Assembly: GCA_951406725.2 (NCBI GenBank)
Contig: OX597814.1
Span: 158,844,001 to 158,908,000, forward strand
Source: Octopus vulgaris
Taxonomy: Eukaryota
Direction of reading: 5' to 3'
Length of the DNA stretch: 64,000 nt
A program made the position numbers and the translations under genes. Below are positions 1 to 14,338 of this stretch, piece by piece; position 1 is the stretch's first letter, and every line of letters starts with the position of its first letter. The notes beneath the pieces are model-generated. The model made no database searches and was not told the origin of the DNA. It was given only the letters and a program-made list of their open reading frames with translations.

Positions 1-896
1 GAGCACGTGGTATAACTATAAAAAATAGTGATGATGGAAGTATGTAAATAACATAAATATTTTACAAATTAACACATTCAGAAAATTTATTATAATTTTT
101 GTCTTCAGAAATCATGTAATCAACAATTTGAGAAAATAATGAATGTATAATTTTTTTTTTTATTTGCATTGGAGAACTCTAATGATTTTCACAAATGTGA
201 AGATATATATAATGATGTGTGTGCTTGTGTGTTTCCAGATGATGAAACTCAGAGAAAAATTAGTAATATACATGCAATGTTAAATACTTAATTTTAACTT
301 TCACCTGATGTTTTTCATTAACAAATTTCCCAGCCCAACTTCAGAAGACAAAATTAAAGGGAAACAACTATCCTACCCTGCTATCAGGAGGAAAACAAAG
401 GAAAAGAAAACTAGATACTAAGTAGATGATACAACACTAAATCAATATATAACTATACATGTAAAAAATACAATTTGAATTTTAAAACATATCTGCTAAA
501 TTAAAAATAGTTAAAAGGCTATCAAGATTTTGCTTAAAATTTTTTTTATCTATTAGTAGTGTCCATAGAAATTCTACTCCTTAAAATTCGCCCCACTTGG
601 GAATATATCATGTCATTTCCTGCATAATCCATTGATTACTTTCTGTTTTTTTGCCTATAGTAGAAAGAGTTATTATGTGTGTGAGTGTGTGTATGTGCTA
701 GTAGCATTTATTTGAATCTCACTTGTTTTATCACTGACATACATTTACCATTCAGTTTCTACAGTATAACATTTTATACCACAGGATTCAATAATTAGCA
801 CTTAAGTATAAGATATTTAAATAACATATGCCAAAAATAGTTATAATATCTAAATATAAAAATGTTATATTTAAAGTATAACAAATAAGTTCAAAC

Positions 897-1199
897 CTGC
901 AGATCTATAAAGAGCTACTGGATGTGAAGCCTCTAGACTTTCTCCAGACATTGTTTCAGGCCTGATTCGAAAATGATAATCACAGTTAGGTTTCAAGCCT
1001 GTGATTCTGTAGAAATTTTCAGTGACTCTTGTTGCATAACTTCTCCATTGATGACTTGGATATTCCCGAATTTCAATTGTATATCGCAACTGAATATTTG
1101 TATTATAAGATGAAATATAAAGCCGGCGCCATGATATCCAGACAGCTTGTGGTTCAATACCATACAATTGAGGTTTTTCAATGGGGCATTGTGGAACAA
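897..1199 (-). CDS. Fn3 domain exon 11
   Basis: Core of ORF 871..1224; 303 nt, phase 1-1. Confidence 0.92.
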
Positions 1200-1570
1200 C
1201 TAAAACATAAAATGTAAAAGACATGTTACTTAAGCAAATAATATTACAACTTGATTAAAATTTTGTTATTTTTTTAAAAATCAGATAAAAATTATGCTCT
1301 GAATATTTTTGTCAGGAATGATATACTTAGAATCTCTTTCTCTTCTTTGAATAAAGAAATGATAGGAGGGTAATAACTGGTATAGTTATCATAATTAGAA
1401 CTACTTAAATAATGTCATAATGAAGTAGTTAATTGTTAAACAGGTGCTTACAAAAATTAATTCATGATTTAGGCAAAGTTAAATATTTCCAGAAACACTA
1501 ACATAAAAATATAAAAGAAAAGGTTTAAAACTCCAATGCATATATCTGTATATGTGTATACATAAATATA

Positions 1571-1608
<38 letters not shown>

Positions 1609-4600
1609 CGTGCGTGCGTGTGTGTGTGTGTGTGTGTATGTGTGTTTACAAAAATACTTAATTCTTTTTTGTCATATAAAGTTGCATCCATATTTTTCCA
1701 ACTAATTTGCAATATAAGTATTTCATGGATCTTATTGTCATGTATTATTAATATCAAAACAAGGTATTTCTACACATATATAGATATATGTATTGGAGTT
1801 TTAAACCTTTTCTTTTGTATTTTTATGTTTGTGTATCTGGAAATATTTAACTTTGCCTAATTCATGAATTGATTTTTGTAAGCAGCTGTTTAACAATTAA
1901 CTATTTCATTGTGACATTATTTAAGTAGTTCTAATTATGATAACTATACTAAATATGCTAAAATATTTGTTGCACCATTCTAAGTCAAGGCTCGAATCAC
2001 TCGATCATAACTCTGTCTCCATTATTAGAATCTTGTGAGATACTTACCTCTACTTCGACTGTATGACACAGGAATTGATGGTTCAATAGCAGAACTAGAA
2101 CCTGTCTCAGCTCGAACTCGAAATAAGTAGTTACGTTTCGGTTTTAAGTCTGTTAATTTGTAAGTAGTACTCCTCACACCGCCAACCACACGCTTCCATT
2201 CTCTTGAAGGAAGTTCTTGTGATTCAATAGCATATGTGTAATCTTTTCCAACAGAAGGTGCTCTTGTTGGTCTCCAAGACAGCTGAAAGCCTTTAGATTG
2301 GATATCAACTATCTCAGGGGTTTCAATAGGTCGTTTGTATTCTGAAACAAATTCAATGTTATAATAATATAACTTGTGTAGCAAATGAACTGAACTTTAG
2401 TTTAAATCAGAATAATAGAATTAATTTATACTTAATGAACACAATGAAGTAAATTAATGTTTCTTTTTCATATATTTTGTAAAAAGTGTAACAAAGAGCT
2501 CCATTCCCATATAATGTTGAAAATGATTTTAAAAGGCTTAGTTTAATCGTATTTAAGAGAAGCAGAAATTTCACAGGTCCTGTTCAAATTAGTTTATGTA
2601 AAAACCTTTACATGCTATTTGGTTGTTTATTAAAAAACATGAAAGTTCATACCAACTACAGGCACTTAGAGATATGCTCTGATGAAAACATTCCTATTTA
2701 TAATCAATTCTTAATAAAAACCTAAATGTAATTTTAAGAAAATTTTCATTTGCAGAAGTAGTGGGTTGATTTTCCCAGTTTAGTTAGTATTTTCCAATTT
2801 AACAAATAACAATATTGTTTAACACAAGTTGTGTGATTTCCATTATATTTAATTTATGGAAGCACTTTAAAAATACAAAGGATGTGTTTTTCTTACGGGA
2901 GATGGCAGGAACCCTTATTGCCATCGATGGTTCACTGACAGCAAATGACGTCTCAGCTTGAATTCGAAAGGTGTAATCTTTGTCAGTGCGTAATCCTGTT
3001 AAGTAGTATGACGTGTGTGGGATTTTAGCAACAAGTGGCCTCCATTTGGATGATGGAGAATCTTGAACATAAATACTATAAGTTATGGGTATCTTGTCTC
3101 TTAAATATGATGGCAGGGCTGCAACACGCCATGATAGACGAAGGGATCCAGGCTGAACATCAGATATGACTGGTTCTTCATGAGGCATACAAGGTGGAAC
3201 TAAAATAGAAGATCAATATAACATTATTATAATCCATATATATATATATGTAAACAGGAATAGGCATTCAAAGAATCAATCAGAGGAGCTCACAGTAAGC
3301 TGGCGTGCAGCTCTCAAGAAAACAGTGGCTGTGGCTAAGGTCTAACTTCACTGACATTCTCATAAACCAAGAATCACAATGGTGAAGAGTATATAGCAAT
3401 TAACAAGATAAGAAAAATGAGAGGAGAGATTCCATTTGTTGATAGCAATTAACAAACAGCTCTTCTCTCTCTGCTCTTATTTTGTTAATCATATATATAT
3501 CTATCCCTTGCAGATTTGACAGAAGAAAATCAGATGCCTTTGGTGCTAAATTTTAAATCATGATATCAAATTAACTGCCATTCCTCCTGCATACTTGGCA
3601 GATGTAAGATGCTACTCTTGTCCACTAAAATTTTTCTTATCACACCTGTATTAATTTAGTGAGTTTTCTGTGGCTTAGAAGTATTTTGACTTCAATTTTT
3701 AGTGAAGCATGTGCTTATGTAGTACACTAGGAAATATAAATATATTTATATATCTTATATATCATTAATTTTGCCAAAACAGCTTCTATGGTCACTAATG
3801 TTATTATCTTTAGGAATAATATCGTTCATTTATATTTATAAATAATTTCACATGGTTCATTTGTTTCAATGGTGTTCAGCCACTCAAACGAATTTACAGG
3901 CATGGTATTAGTGAATTCTAGTAGCTATCCCTTGCAGATCTGACTGAAGAGAATCAGGTGCCTTTGGTGCTAAATTCGAAATCATGATATCAAATTAACT
4001 GACATTCCTCCTGCATCCTTGGCAGAGGTAAGACGCTACTCTTGTTCACTAAAATTTTTCCTAACATACCTGTATTAATTTAGTGGCTTTTCTGTGGCTT
4101 AGAAGTATTTTGACTTCTATTTTTAGCAAAGCAGGTGCTTATGTAGTACCCTAGTGTATATAAATATATTTATGTCTTATATAGTATATATATATGGCAA
4201 ATGTTTTTATTTTTCATTCCCTTCAAGATTTTATCCCTAATAGTGGTTTGGACTTTAGCTGTTCCTTCTAGCGTGAAAGGAATCCTGTGATGGATACCTC
4301 TTATGTGTTTAAATGTACACTGTGTATATATATATATATGCATACATACACACAAGTAAATTAAAATATTCATCACAATTATATTAGAAAAAAAATGTTT
4401 CTTTGACTCTATAGTTGTAAATATGAATTATTTTCATAATTTAAAATTTTACATCTATAATGAATTTCTATTTATATTAACTTTATCCAAACAGATTAAG
4501 AGATTCTCAAATTTCTTTTGATGTGACCCTATAAGAACAACTGTTGAGATAGAATGTTTCATTATTAAAAAAAGGAATAAAAATAATGCTAGATTATTAT

Positions 4601-7600
4601 TATAATAAGATCTTTTAAAAATTTTAATATTTCATGCAGTATAAATTTTAGATTAGAAAATAAAATAAAAACTATGTTATATGACCAGATTGTCTCAATT
4701 TTGGAATTTTAATAAATTAAAATAAATCAGTATTTGATATCATACCTGCTCTTTTTCTAAGGATTAATGCACCAGTTGGTTCACTGATACCAAATTCATT
4801 TTCAGCTCTAATACGGATAGCATATTCTTTATTTGGATGTAGATTATCCAACTTGAAAGCTGTTGTTGGTATACCTTTAGCAACAGTAACCCAGTGGCCA
4901 AAAGGTATTTCTTGTAACTCAATTCTGTAGGAAACTGGTGAATAATCAACAATTCTAGAGGGTATTTCAGCTGATCTCCAAGCTAAAGACACTGAATCAG
5001 AGGTTATATCAACAACATAGGGTATGTCTTTAGTCATCCGTGGAGGTCCTGTAAAACATGGAAGATATTAAAGAATCTTTATATGTCTCATTGCATCTTG
5101 GAAGATATTTGTAACTGTTACTATAAATAGATACATTTGTGTGTGTGAGAGAGAGAGATAAACATTTGATATCAATTTACAAGTTTAGGACAATATAATC
5201 CTATTAACAAAATTCACAAATTTAATGTTAAATAGGCATATATATTTTTCCTTTCTGATGATGTCATATGAGCTACATATTGTTTACAAAAATACTTAAT
5301 TCGTTTTTGTCATATAAAGTTGCATCCATATTTTTCCAACTAATTTGCAATATAAGTATTTCATGGATCTTATTGTCATGTATTATTAATATCAAAACAA
5401 GGTATTTCTAGTAGAATGCACTGCATGAGCAAAACAGTTGTAGATTATTTATAAAGGGTCAGTAGCTGTTCAAAGTTAAAATAGGCTGGCTTTTGAAAGG
5501 CAAACTCAGTTCTAGTAATGTGTGGTTTCCATAAAAAATTTAATTTTTTTACTGTTCATTTTTAAGATATTTCTTAATTATAATTTGTTCTTCAGTGAAA
5601 AAGTAGAAGCTTTGCTGTTGCAAAAGTAGTTCCTAAGTTCCTACTTCATATCCTCATTCAAGGTAAAGATGTACATTCAACAGGAATTGTTGAGGTTGCA
5701 TGCAGTTTCAGTCAATGTGAGAGAAAGGAGAAAAGGGTGTGTATGTGAATGTTTGAGCATATGTGAGTGTGTGTGTGTGTGTGTGTTTAAGAGTGTGAGT
5801 GTGTGTTTGTGTAGTTGTAGACAGTAAAGTCATATAGAAAACATAATTATCATGTGGACTAATAAAAAAGTGGTATGCAAGAAAGCATAATCCATGAAAT
5901 TTAATTGAGTGTGCAATTAATAATGCTAAAATTGATAGTGGTGAGAAATAACAGCAGAAACGGAATAGAAATATGTGATTATTTCATTAAATTTCAATAA
6001 CCTGTAACAATTAGTGAAATTAGTTTGAACCTACCTGCACGTCTAGCCAAATACACAGGAAGTGTTGGCTCACTCAGATCTGATCCTATGTAAGCTCTAA
6101 TGCGGAACAAATAGTCTCGATCTGGTAAAAGATTTGATACCTGGTAACTTAGAGTACTTATATCCCGAGCCAGAGGGTGCCATAATTCAGAAGGTGGTTC
6201 TTGAATTTCAATGAGGTACAGTAATTGACTGAGGCTCTTTGAATAACCACGGGGTAATCTGCCCTCTTTCCAGGACAGTTTTATAGATGTTGGGTGAATG
6301 TCAGACATATGTGGTTCATACAATGCCATTTGAGGAACTGAAAACAGAAAATATATTACATCCTAGAGAATCTTCATTAAGTTGACTTTAAACAGTTACC
6401 TTATTTATCAGATTTAATAATACTGCATTTTTATCTTTATTTACAGTTAATTTCGATGAAGCTGTTTCTTAGTGAGAAGAATGATTTGCAATGTATTAAT
6501 TTAGCACTAACTGTTAGTAGCCTTTGGTTACTTGGGCAACAAGCTTTCCAAAGTTTATATAATTAGTTTTTCACCTACTTATTCTTATCATATAACTCTT
6601 TTCCAATATAATGAATGAAACACATTTGAAATTGTTTGATCAGAATGTATTATAAACAATCAATGACTAATGTTTGTAAGCATTAAATTTTACATTATAT
6701 TACAATATAATTTGATCCACAAAAATTCATTCATTTTTTGTTTTTACTTGTCAAAAAATGTAATTAATTCAGTACTTATATTCTTCAATAAAAACATTCT
6801 TTTAGTCTACATACTATTTAAAGGCAACATTCAATTCTGCACTTACAAAATTAAGAACTTCAAAAACAAAAGTTTGATATTTCTAATGAAACCATTATTC
6901 TGCTTTATACAGGAAAATTCAATGAATTTTGAGAAAATTACAAATTATGGACATAGAATATTACTTTCATTGTTTCTTAGTTAATAGTATTAATATCTAC
7001 CGCAACAAACTTGTTTGTAACATGTTGAATAATTTCCAGCATAAACTATATTAACTAACATATTAAAAAACATGGGAAGATCAATGTTTGAACATATGAC
7101 AAGTGAATAAATGGATAGGAAAAAATACAAAGTGTCTTAAAAGTAAAAAGATACAAGGTTAACTATGAAAAACGACTAGAAGTTGAATTTTTAACAAAGT
7201 GATAAGTAGAATTTAATTAAAAAAATCTCTCTAGTTTATAGTTGTAGATATTTAATCTCTCTAGTTTATATTTGTAGCATCAAAACTTATTTTAACCATA
7301 CAGGAAAAGTGATAATATATATTATTTATACAAACTTAACTTATTTAAAATTATTATATCAAATTGAAAACAACATTAATATAATATCTATAAATAGTGT
7401 AAACTTCCCAAAATATTACTTCCCTAATATTTCCAGAGATATAAGTCATTAGTTACTATATGCAGCTATGATTAACAAATGATTCAAATAAAACAAATTA
7501 TACTCATAACAATGAGTTTAAACACTTTTACAAATATTGTAGATGAACTATGCAAAATTACTCTACTAACTTTAGTGTCTGGACATCATTAGATCCCAAA

Positions 7601-10600
7601 TGGACTCTAATGAAGTAAAAGTCTGTTTGAGAGAAAATGATTGCTCCAGAACACTAATGTCAAGAGGCATGATAAAAAACAATATGACATGTAAATGAAT
7701 TAGCATTTTAAAAACCTATGATAAAAATATAAGCAGTTTAAGCATTTAGAAATTTTGCACTAACTTAAGAACTTACAAAGATCAAAGGTGACACTTTATT
7801 TTTATAATATTTATAAAACATAATTTGCAATAGAAATGTTTATGATGGAGATACATAAGTAATTTTCATTTCCAAAATATTTTGAAGAATATCGGCTAAA
7901 TTTGTAAGCCATATTCTGCTACATAATTAAGAATTAAAGTATTTTGAATCAATTTTTTATATACAGTAGCTAAAAATATAAGAATATGACTAAGTGAAAA
8001 TAGGAGTAAATACTTGACTAAAAGCTGTTTCTCTGCTGAAAGCTTTTAGTGCAATTTTCATAAAATTAGTCTTCAAATAGTTTTGATAGAATGTGTTTAA
8101 AAACTTTAATTTTCATATCTTAATTATTATAAGTTTATCTTTTCTGTATGAAAAGATAAGCTTATAATAATTGTATATACTTCAGAAAATCCTAACTATA
8201 CGCTGAGTTGTAATGTTAACTGAAAATCATATTTAAAATTGTCTTACCAGGTCTTCTTTGTAAAAGGACAGGGAATGTAGGTTCACTGATACCACTGTCA
8301 GTTTGAGCTTGAATCCTGAATCGATAATCTCGGTCAGGCTTTAAGCCAATCACTCTATAGTTGAGCTGAGTTATTCTATTTGCCACTGGCATCCATTCCA
8401 TACTTGGATATTCTTGCATAAATATGCTATATGTAATTGGAGAACGGAGGTGTTGATAGGCTGGAACCTCAGCTTGCTTCCAAGATAGGTTAACAGAATC
8501 ATTCCCAAATGGTGAAAGGATAACATCTGTTCGGGAAAGTTTTGGTGGCACTGCAAAGCAATTGGAGCATGAATTAATTGTAAAGCACATATACTTATAA
8601 TCTTATCAAATATTTTTAAAGTTGAACAAGAACAAAAAATTACCTGGAATCTAATATATCTATATATCTCATATTTTACTTACATATATCCATTTTATTT
8701 GTTATTGAGTTGTCATACAAGTGGAGCATAAGAATATTTTGTTTGAAAGGCTGACTTCGGTACTGCTTGATTCTGATTTTAATTCAATGTTTATTCATTT
8801 AAGCATAAGTAATATATTTGAATAAAGGATACAGTTGAAATGGATATATCTTAACGAAAGTTACTTTCCTCAAGACTTACTCTGATGAAAACTACAAATA
8901 TATAAGTTATAAATAAAAACCATAATTACTTACCTGGTGTTCTATATAAGCCAATAGGTGGGGTTGGATCACTCAAACCTCCTTTTGTATTTGCACGTAT
9001 CCTGAAAAAGTAATCATGATTTGGTGACAAATTTTTGATTCTGTAACTTGTTCCAGTTACTCCTCTGGCTATCTCATGCCAATGATATCCTGGTATGTCT
9101 TGTTGTTCAATAATATAATCAATCACTGGATACTCCACTTCATGTACTGGCCTTTTAATTAGATACCATCTTAACAATATATCAGGACGTTCTTCAAAGA
9201 TTTCTAAATTATGGATTGGTGGCTGGATAGGAGCTAAAGTAAGAATAAATAAAAAATTAAATGTTTTGCAAAAAAGAAGTGGTAACAATTCAGTATATGT
9301 TAAAAAAAATTAATGGAGTTATATAATGTATTGAACTTTATTTTCAAGTCATAGAAAATGACAATTTGTCTAAGGCCAACAATAAAAAAAGATTTCAAAC
9401 TCAGTCCATACAAAATCTATTGAACTTAATAATTCCATAGACTATTAGGTTTCATTTCAGGATTGAGTGAGTTCAATAAAAACTTAATTTACATTGTATT
9501 TCAAACATTATCTTGTTAATGATAATTTTATCTAAATTTATGACTGTGTATAACCTGCAGTAATATGAATTCAAACTCTGCTACAAGCACTATTTTATGC
9601 TCTTATGAAATATATATTTGTCTATCTGCTTAGCTAAAATTGAGTGTAAGCATTAAAGAATTATCCATTTATGTCTTCTTAAGTTCTAAATTCAGGTCCA
9701 GGTAGAGGTGATAACATGAGAACAGATCAAATTCTAGAGTTGGTCCTATCAACTTACCAACAAAGTCTTGGCTTTGTATCAGTGTAAGAGATGATTATGA
9801 ATTAAAGAAATAGGAGTGTTGAGTTGGCAAAATTATTAGAGCATCATACAAAATGCCTTATAGTATTTAGTTATAACATTTACATTTTAGTTTCAAATCC
9901 TACCAAGGTCAACCTCTGGAATTGATGAAATTAAAGTATCAGTTAAATGCTGATGTTGATTTAATCAATGTATTTCCTCCCAACAAATTGCCAGCTTTGT
10001 GTTTAATTTAGAAGCAACCAAATAAATGATACATGAAAAAAATAAAGAAGTTATTAAAAAAAAGTTTTAGTTGTAGTAGTTGTGGTATTAGGATAGTAGA
10101 TTAGCAGAATGATTAGGTGATCAGTAATAATCCTTTCTACTATAGGCACAAGGCCTGAATTTTTGGGAAGAAGCTAGTTGATTACACTGACCCTTATGCT
10201 CAAATGGTGCTTAATTGATTGAACCCTGAAAAGATGAAAGACAAAGTCAATCTCCGCAGCATTTGAATGCAGAATATAAAAGCAGATAAAATACTGCTAA
10301 GCATTCCATCTGACATGCATATGATTCTGTCAACTCATAGTCTTAATGTTTATGATAATGCATTAGTAATAATGGTTTCAAATTTTGGTGCAGGGCTAGC
10401 AGTTTTTGAGGAGAGGGGGACATTAATTATATCGACTCCAGTACTTGACTGATACTTATTTTAAAATTCAACAAATCATTACTTCTAAAGATTACAATCA
10501 CTTTTGCTTTTAAAATCTATTAAATTTTTTTAATTGGTGTTATGATGAATAGGTTTGCACATTTAAGACATTTGGATGAATTATTTTATTCACTTTTCAT

Positions 10601-13600
10601 GTTAGTTTATTAAACTTATCATTATTTTGTAGTCCTGCCAATAATGTTAACATTGTTTCTTGGAGATATTCATTTGGTTTGGATATGCTAATCATAAAAT
10701 TACCTATATTCTAGAGACTTTTCAATAAAAGTGAGCAAGCTTATTTTATCCATAAATTGGGGGGAAATAAATGTCAAATGGAGATCAATGACGGAGAAAA
10801 CAACAATTTTGATAAAAATATATTTAGGCACCAAATAAATTGGGAAAATTGTTAAACTTTAAAGGTAATTTTAATTTAGACTACTTACATGCAAACCTAC
10901 GTAAAGCAACTGTTCTTGAAGGAGGGCTCAATCCATATTCACTTAAAGCTCTAACTCGGAAGTTGTAATCTCGAGCAGGAGTAATATCACCTAAATGGTA
11001 ACTTGTTGTTGGTACACCACTGACGACTGGATGCCAGTCTGGATGAGGAGGCTGTTGTGATTCAATCATAAATAAAAGTGATCCATCACCATCACCATAG
11101 CTAGGTATATCTGTTCTGCTCCATCTGAGATTTACAGTGCTTGGTTCATATTGTTCTATATCCAGATGATCAAGGGGGCTTTTACCTTTTGCTGAAAATA
11201 AGTGCAATCCATACAAACAGTATTATATATGTATATAATTCTATTGTTTACCATCAAAATTGAAAATCCTGTTATCAATAATTGTTAAAATTATGAAAAG
11301 TAATCATTGTGATGGCAATAAAATATACAATTGTGTAACGAATCTTAAAGGTAAAAAATTTAATTATTTTTGCTTGATCATCAATTTTGCAAAAAAATCA
11401 TCGATATTAGTATTATTGATATCAATATAATATGAAAGTCACAAATTATATTTGATAAAACCTATTATACATTCATTCTCATGAACATTCTACCAATTAT
11501 TAGACAAGATGTATTTGTTGGTAAAAGTAGGTCTTTACATGTTATTCTGAATACCAAGTAAAAAGAAAATAACAAATAAATAAGCAAAAAAAGAATATAT
11601 CAACTAAAAAGAGCACAAGAGCATTTTGCCTTCTGCTGGATGAAAATTTACCCATAGTTCTGTACATATTTACAGGTGGTGATGGTTCAGTAACTCCCAA
11701 TGGAGAATATGCTCTCACTCGGAATCTATAATCTTTATTTGGCTCCAGCCCTTTGATAACGTAAGATGTGTCTGGTATTTTGGATGCATATTCACGCCAT
11801 TTATGTTCAGGAGGTTGTTGTATTTCAATAATATATGTTAGCTCATCATCTGTGGCTCTGAAACTTGGTATGTGTAACCGATTCCATCGAAGACGAATTG
11901 ATGTTGGGTCAAGGTTTTCAATGTAAGGACGATCAACTGGTATACCAGGATATACTAAAATAGTAATTATAATGCAGAGAGAAACTCAATGAACATAATA
12001 TAAATAGAAATAGAAATAGAAAAAGAGTTTTAATGATAAATACAAATAAATCAGAATATATAATTTTGTAGTTGCAAACTATTACCTTAGAGGTAAATCT
12101 AAATTGATATATTTCACATTTTTATTACCAATTATTTGTTTACTTTTGTATTTCTCATGTTTGTGTTCATGACTGATTAAAAAGCTTTAGTAAATGTTAT
12201 ATAGTAATAACATTTTTGAAATTTTCAGAAAATCCATTTTCATATCAAAAGAAATAAAAAAATAGTCAATTTTCTATGATACTGATCAAGGATAAGGAAT
12301 TTTAAAATTCTGCAGATATTATTTTATAACTGTAGTAATGGAAGAAAAACTGCCATAATTGAAAGAATGTTGAATATGTATTAAATTTAAAAGAAGGAGA
12401 AGAAGTGAAGAGACAAACCACTAGAGACATAGTGCATGCAAGGCAGATGACTACTTGAAATATACAAAAATGGAAAAAAACATATAAGAAGAAAGAATGA
12501 AGTAAGCTGGTGCTACAGAAAAAAGCACTTAGTACGTTCTGTAAAGTAGTTGATATTAGGAAGGGCATCCAACTGTAGAAACCATGCCAAAACTAAGATG
12601 CAGGGGCAAAACTTGATACTCCAATAAGTTCAATCCTGTTAAACTGTCCATCCCATACCAGCATGGAAAGTGGTTATTAAAATGGTGGTGGTGGAGGAAA
12701 GGAAAAAATAATATTTAGAACTCAATGCAATAAAATTCTTAAATAATACAGTTCTCCTGCCTTTGGTGTGACAACATAAACACAATCAGGTATTTCTTCA
12801 TTGAAAATGTTCAAATGGCCTTCAACTTCTTTTCTTCACTTTCTTCTTTGCCATTCTTTGTTACTATTGTTCCAGTACATGGGTGCTTCAACATAAAATA
12901 ATGTTGTTGCAAAATCATCATTGATGCACGATGAAAAGAATTCTGTCAGTGTTATTCTTGTAAGTCATTCATTGACAGCCATATATATCCTCATTATTTC
13001 TGAGCAATATTCTTTGTTCATCTAGTAGATGAATTTGTAGTTTCACTATTGCTGGTGCTCTTTCATGAATTGAAAATCCTAAGATGGATGTGACTGCTTT
13101 GGATGGTCCAATATACCTACCCATTAGTTATTGACTAATTTCATTATCATTGTTTATTTGAACAGCAGCTTGATCATTTCCTTTCAGCTTGTACTTGATG
13201 ACATACTTAATTGACCTCACTGAGGCAATGATTTCAACATTTCAGTGGCATTTGAATGCTCTTAAAAGAGTTTCATTATAAGGTACAACCCATTTGTTGC
13301 TTATTTTTCCATTCTTATGCGATTCAACTCCTCCAATTGCAACTAATCTTCATCTATAAAGAGATAATCTCTCTGACTGTTTCTCTGCCTTTTGAACAAG
13401 ATGATAAAGATTAATATTCTATTTTAAATAAAATAGTAATTTTCCCCTTTAAGAAAAAAATCACGTACCCATGATTTAAAACATATCTCAATATAGGGAG
13501 AATTTCTCTTTCAGTTTATGGTGCTCAAAAGTTGTATAAATGATTAAAGGGAGAAAAAAAGAAAGTAAGAAAAAAGGATGGCCGAACGGTGGTAGCTACT

Positions 13601-14306
13601 TGATTTTTTTTTAAAGGGGGAAATGACAATTTTATTTGTAATCTTTATCATCTTAATCAAATAACAGGGAAAAAAAAAACTTTTAGTTTTAGTATAATAC
13701 AGATAGGAATAAATCCATCATTTATTCATCCCATAAGGACAAACTTGAAGGCAGACAGACAAACAAAGGGGGAGATGTATATTGTATATATGTGTGTATA
13801 TGTTTATTGTGTGCATGTGTATGCTTGTTGTCCATATGTACTTTTGTTCTTATTTTGCCCAGCTTTAACTGTAATGGAGCTTATGATAAAAATTATTCCA
13901 GTTGTGTATCTCCTGCCCTTTGTATATGTGCAGAGAACACAGGACTACATTAGCCAACATGTCCTGTTTCAAGACAGAAGCTTATGAATTGAGAGAGATT
14001 TGGCTGCTACTTTTATGAGGTCTGGCTAAACTGTAAAAGCCATACAGACAGTAGAGTGCAATTTTTAAATTGATATAACTTCTACTTCTGATATGTTGAA
14101 TGACCACAGAGGGATTCCATGGCAAAACAACTATTACAACAACAGCAACAACATTATATTATTTAGTTATGAACTTTTAATTTTCTTTTGTATTTCATTT
14201 TACATATTGCTTAATCTACAGGTTTTAGTTTATTTCATTTGATTTGAATAAATGTTTGCATGATAATGCATGTGCTTATATATATCTGTATGTATGTGTG
14301 TGTGTG

Positions 14307-14338
<32 letters not shown>

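Noticed and set aside
1479-1860. ORFs rich in HT, CV, YI or IY dipeptides (also near 14260, 14700, 16380, 32911, 37211, 38230, 46643, 49620, 55640, 59238)
   Set aside because: These are translations of microsatellites.
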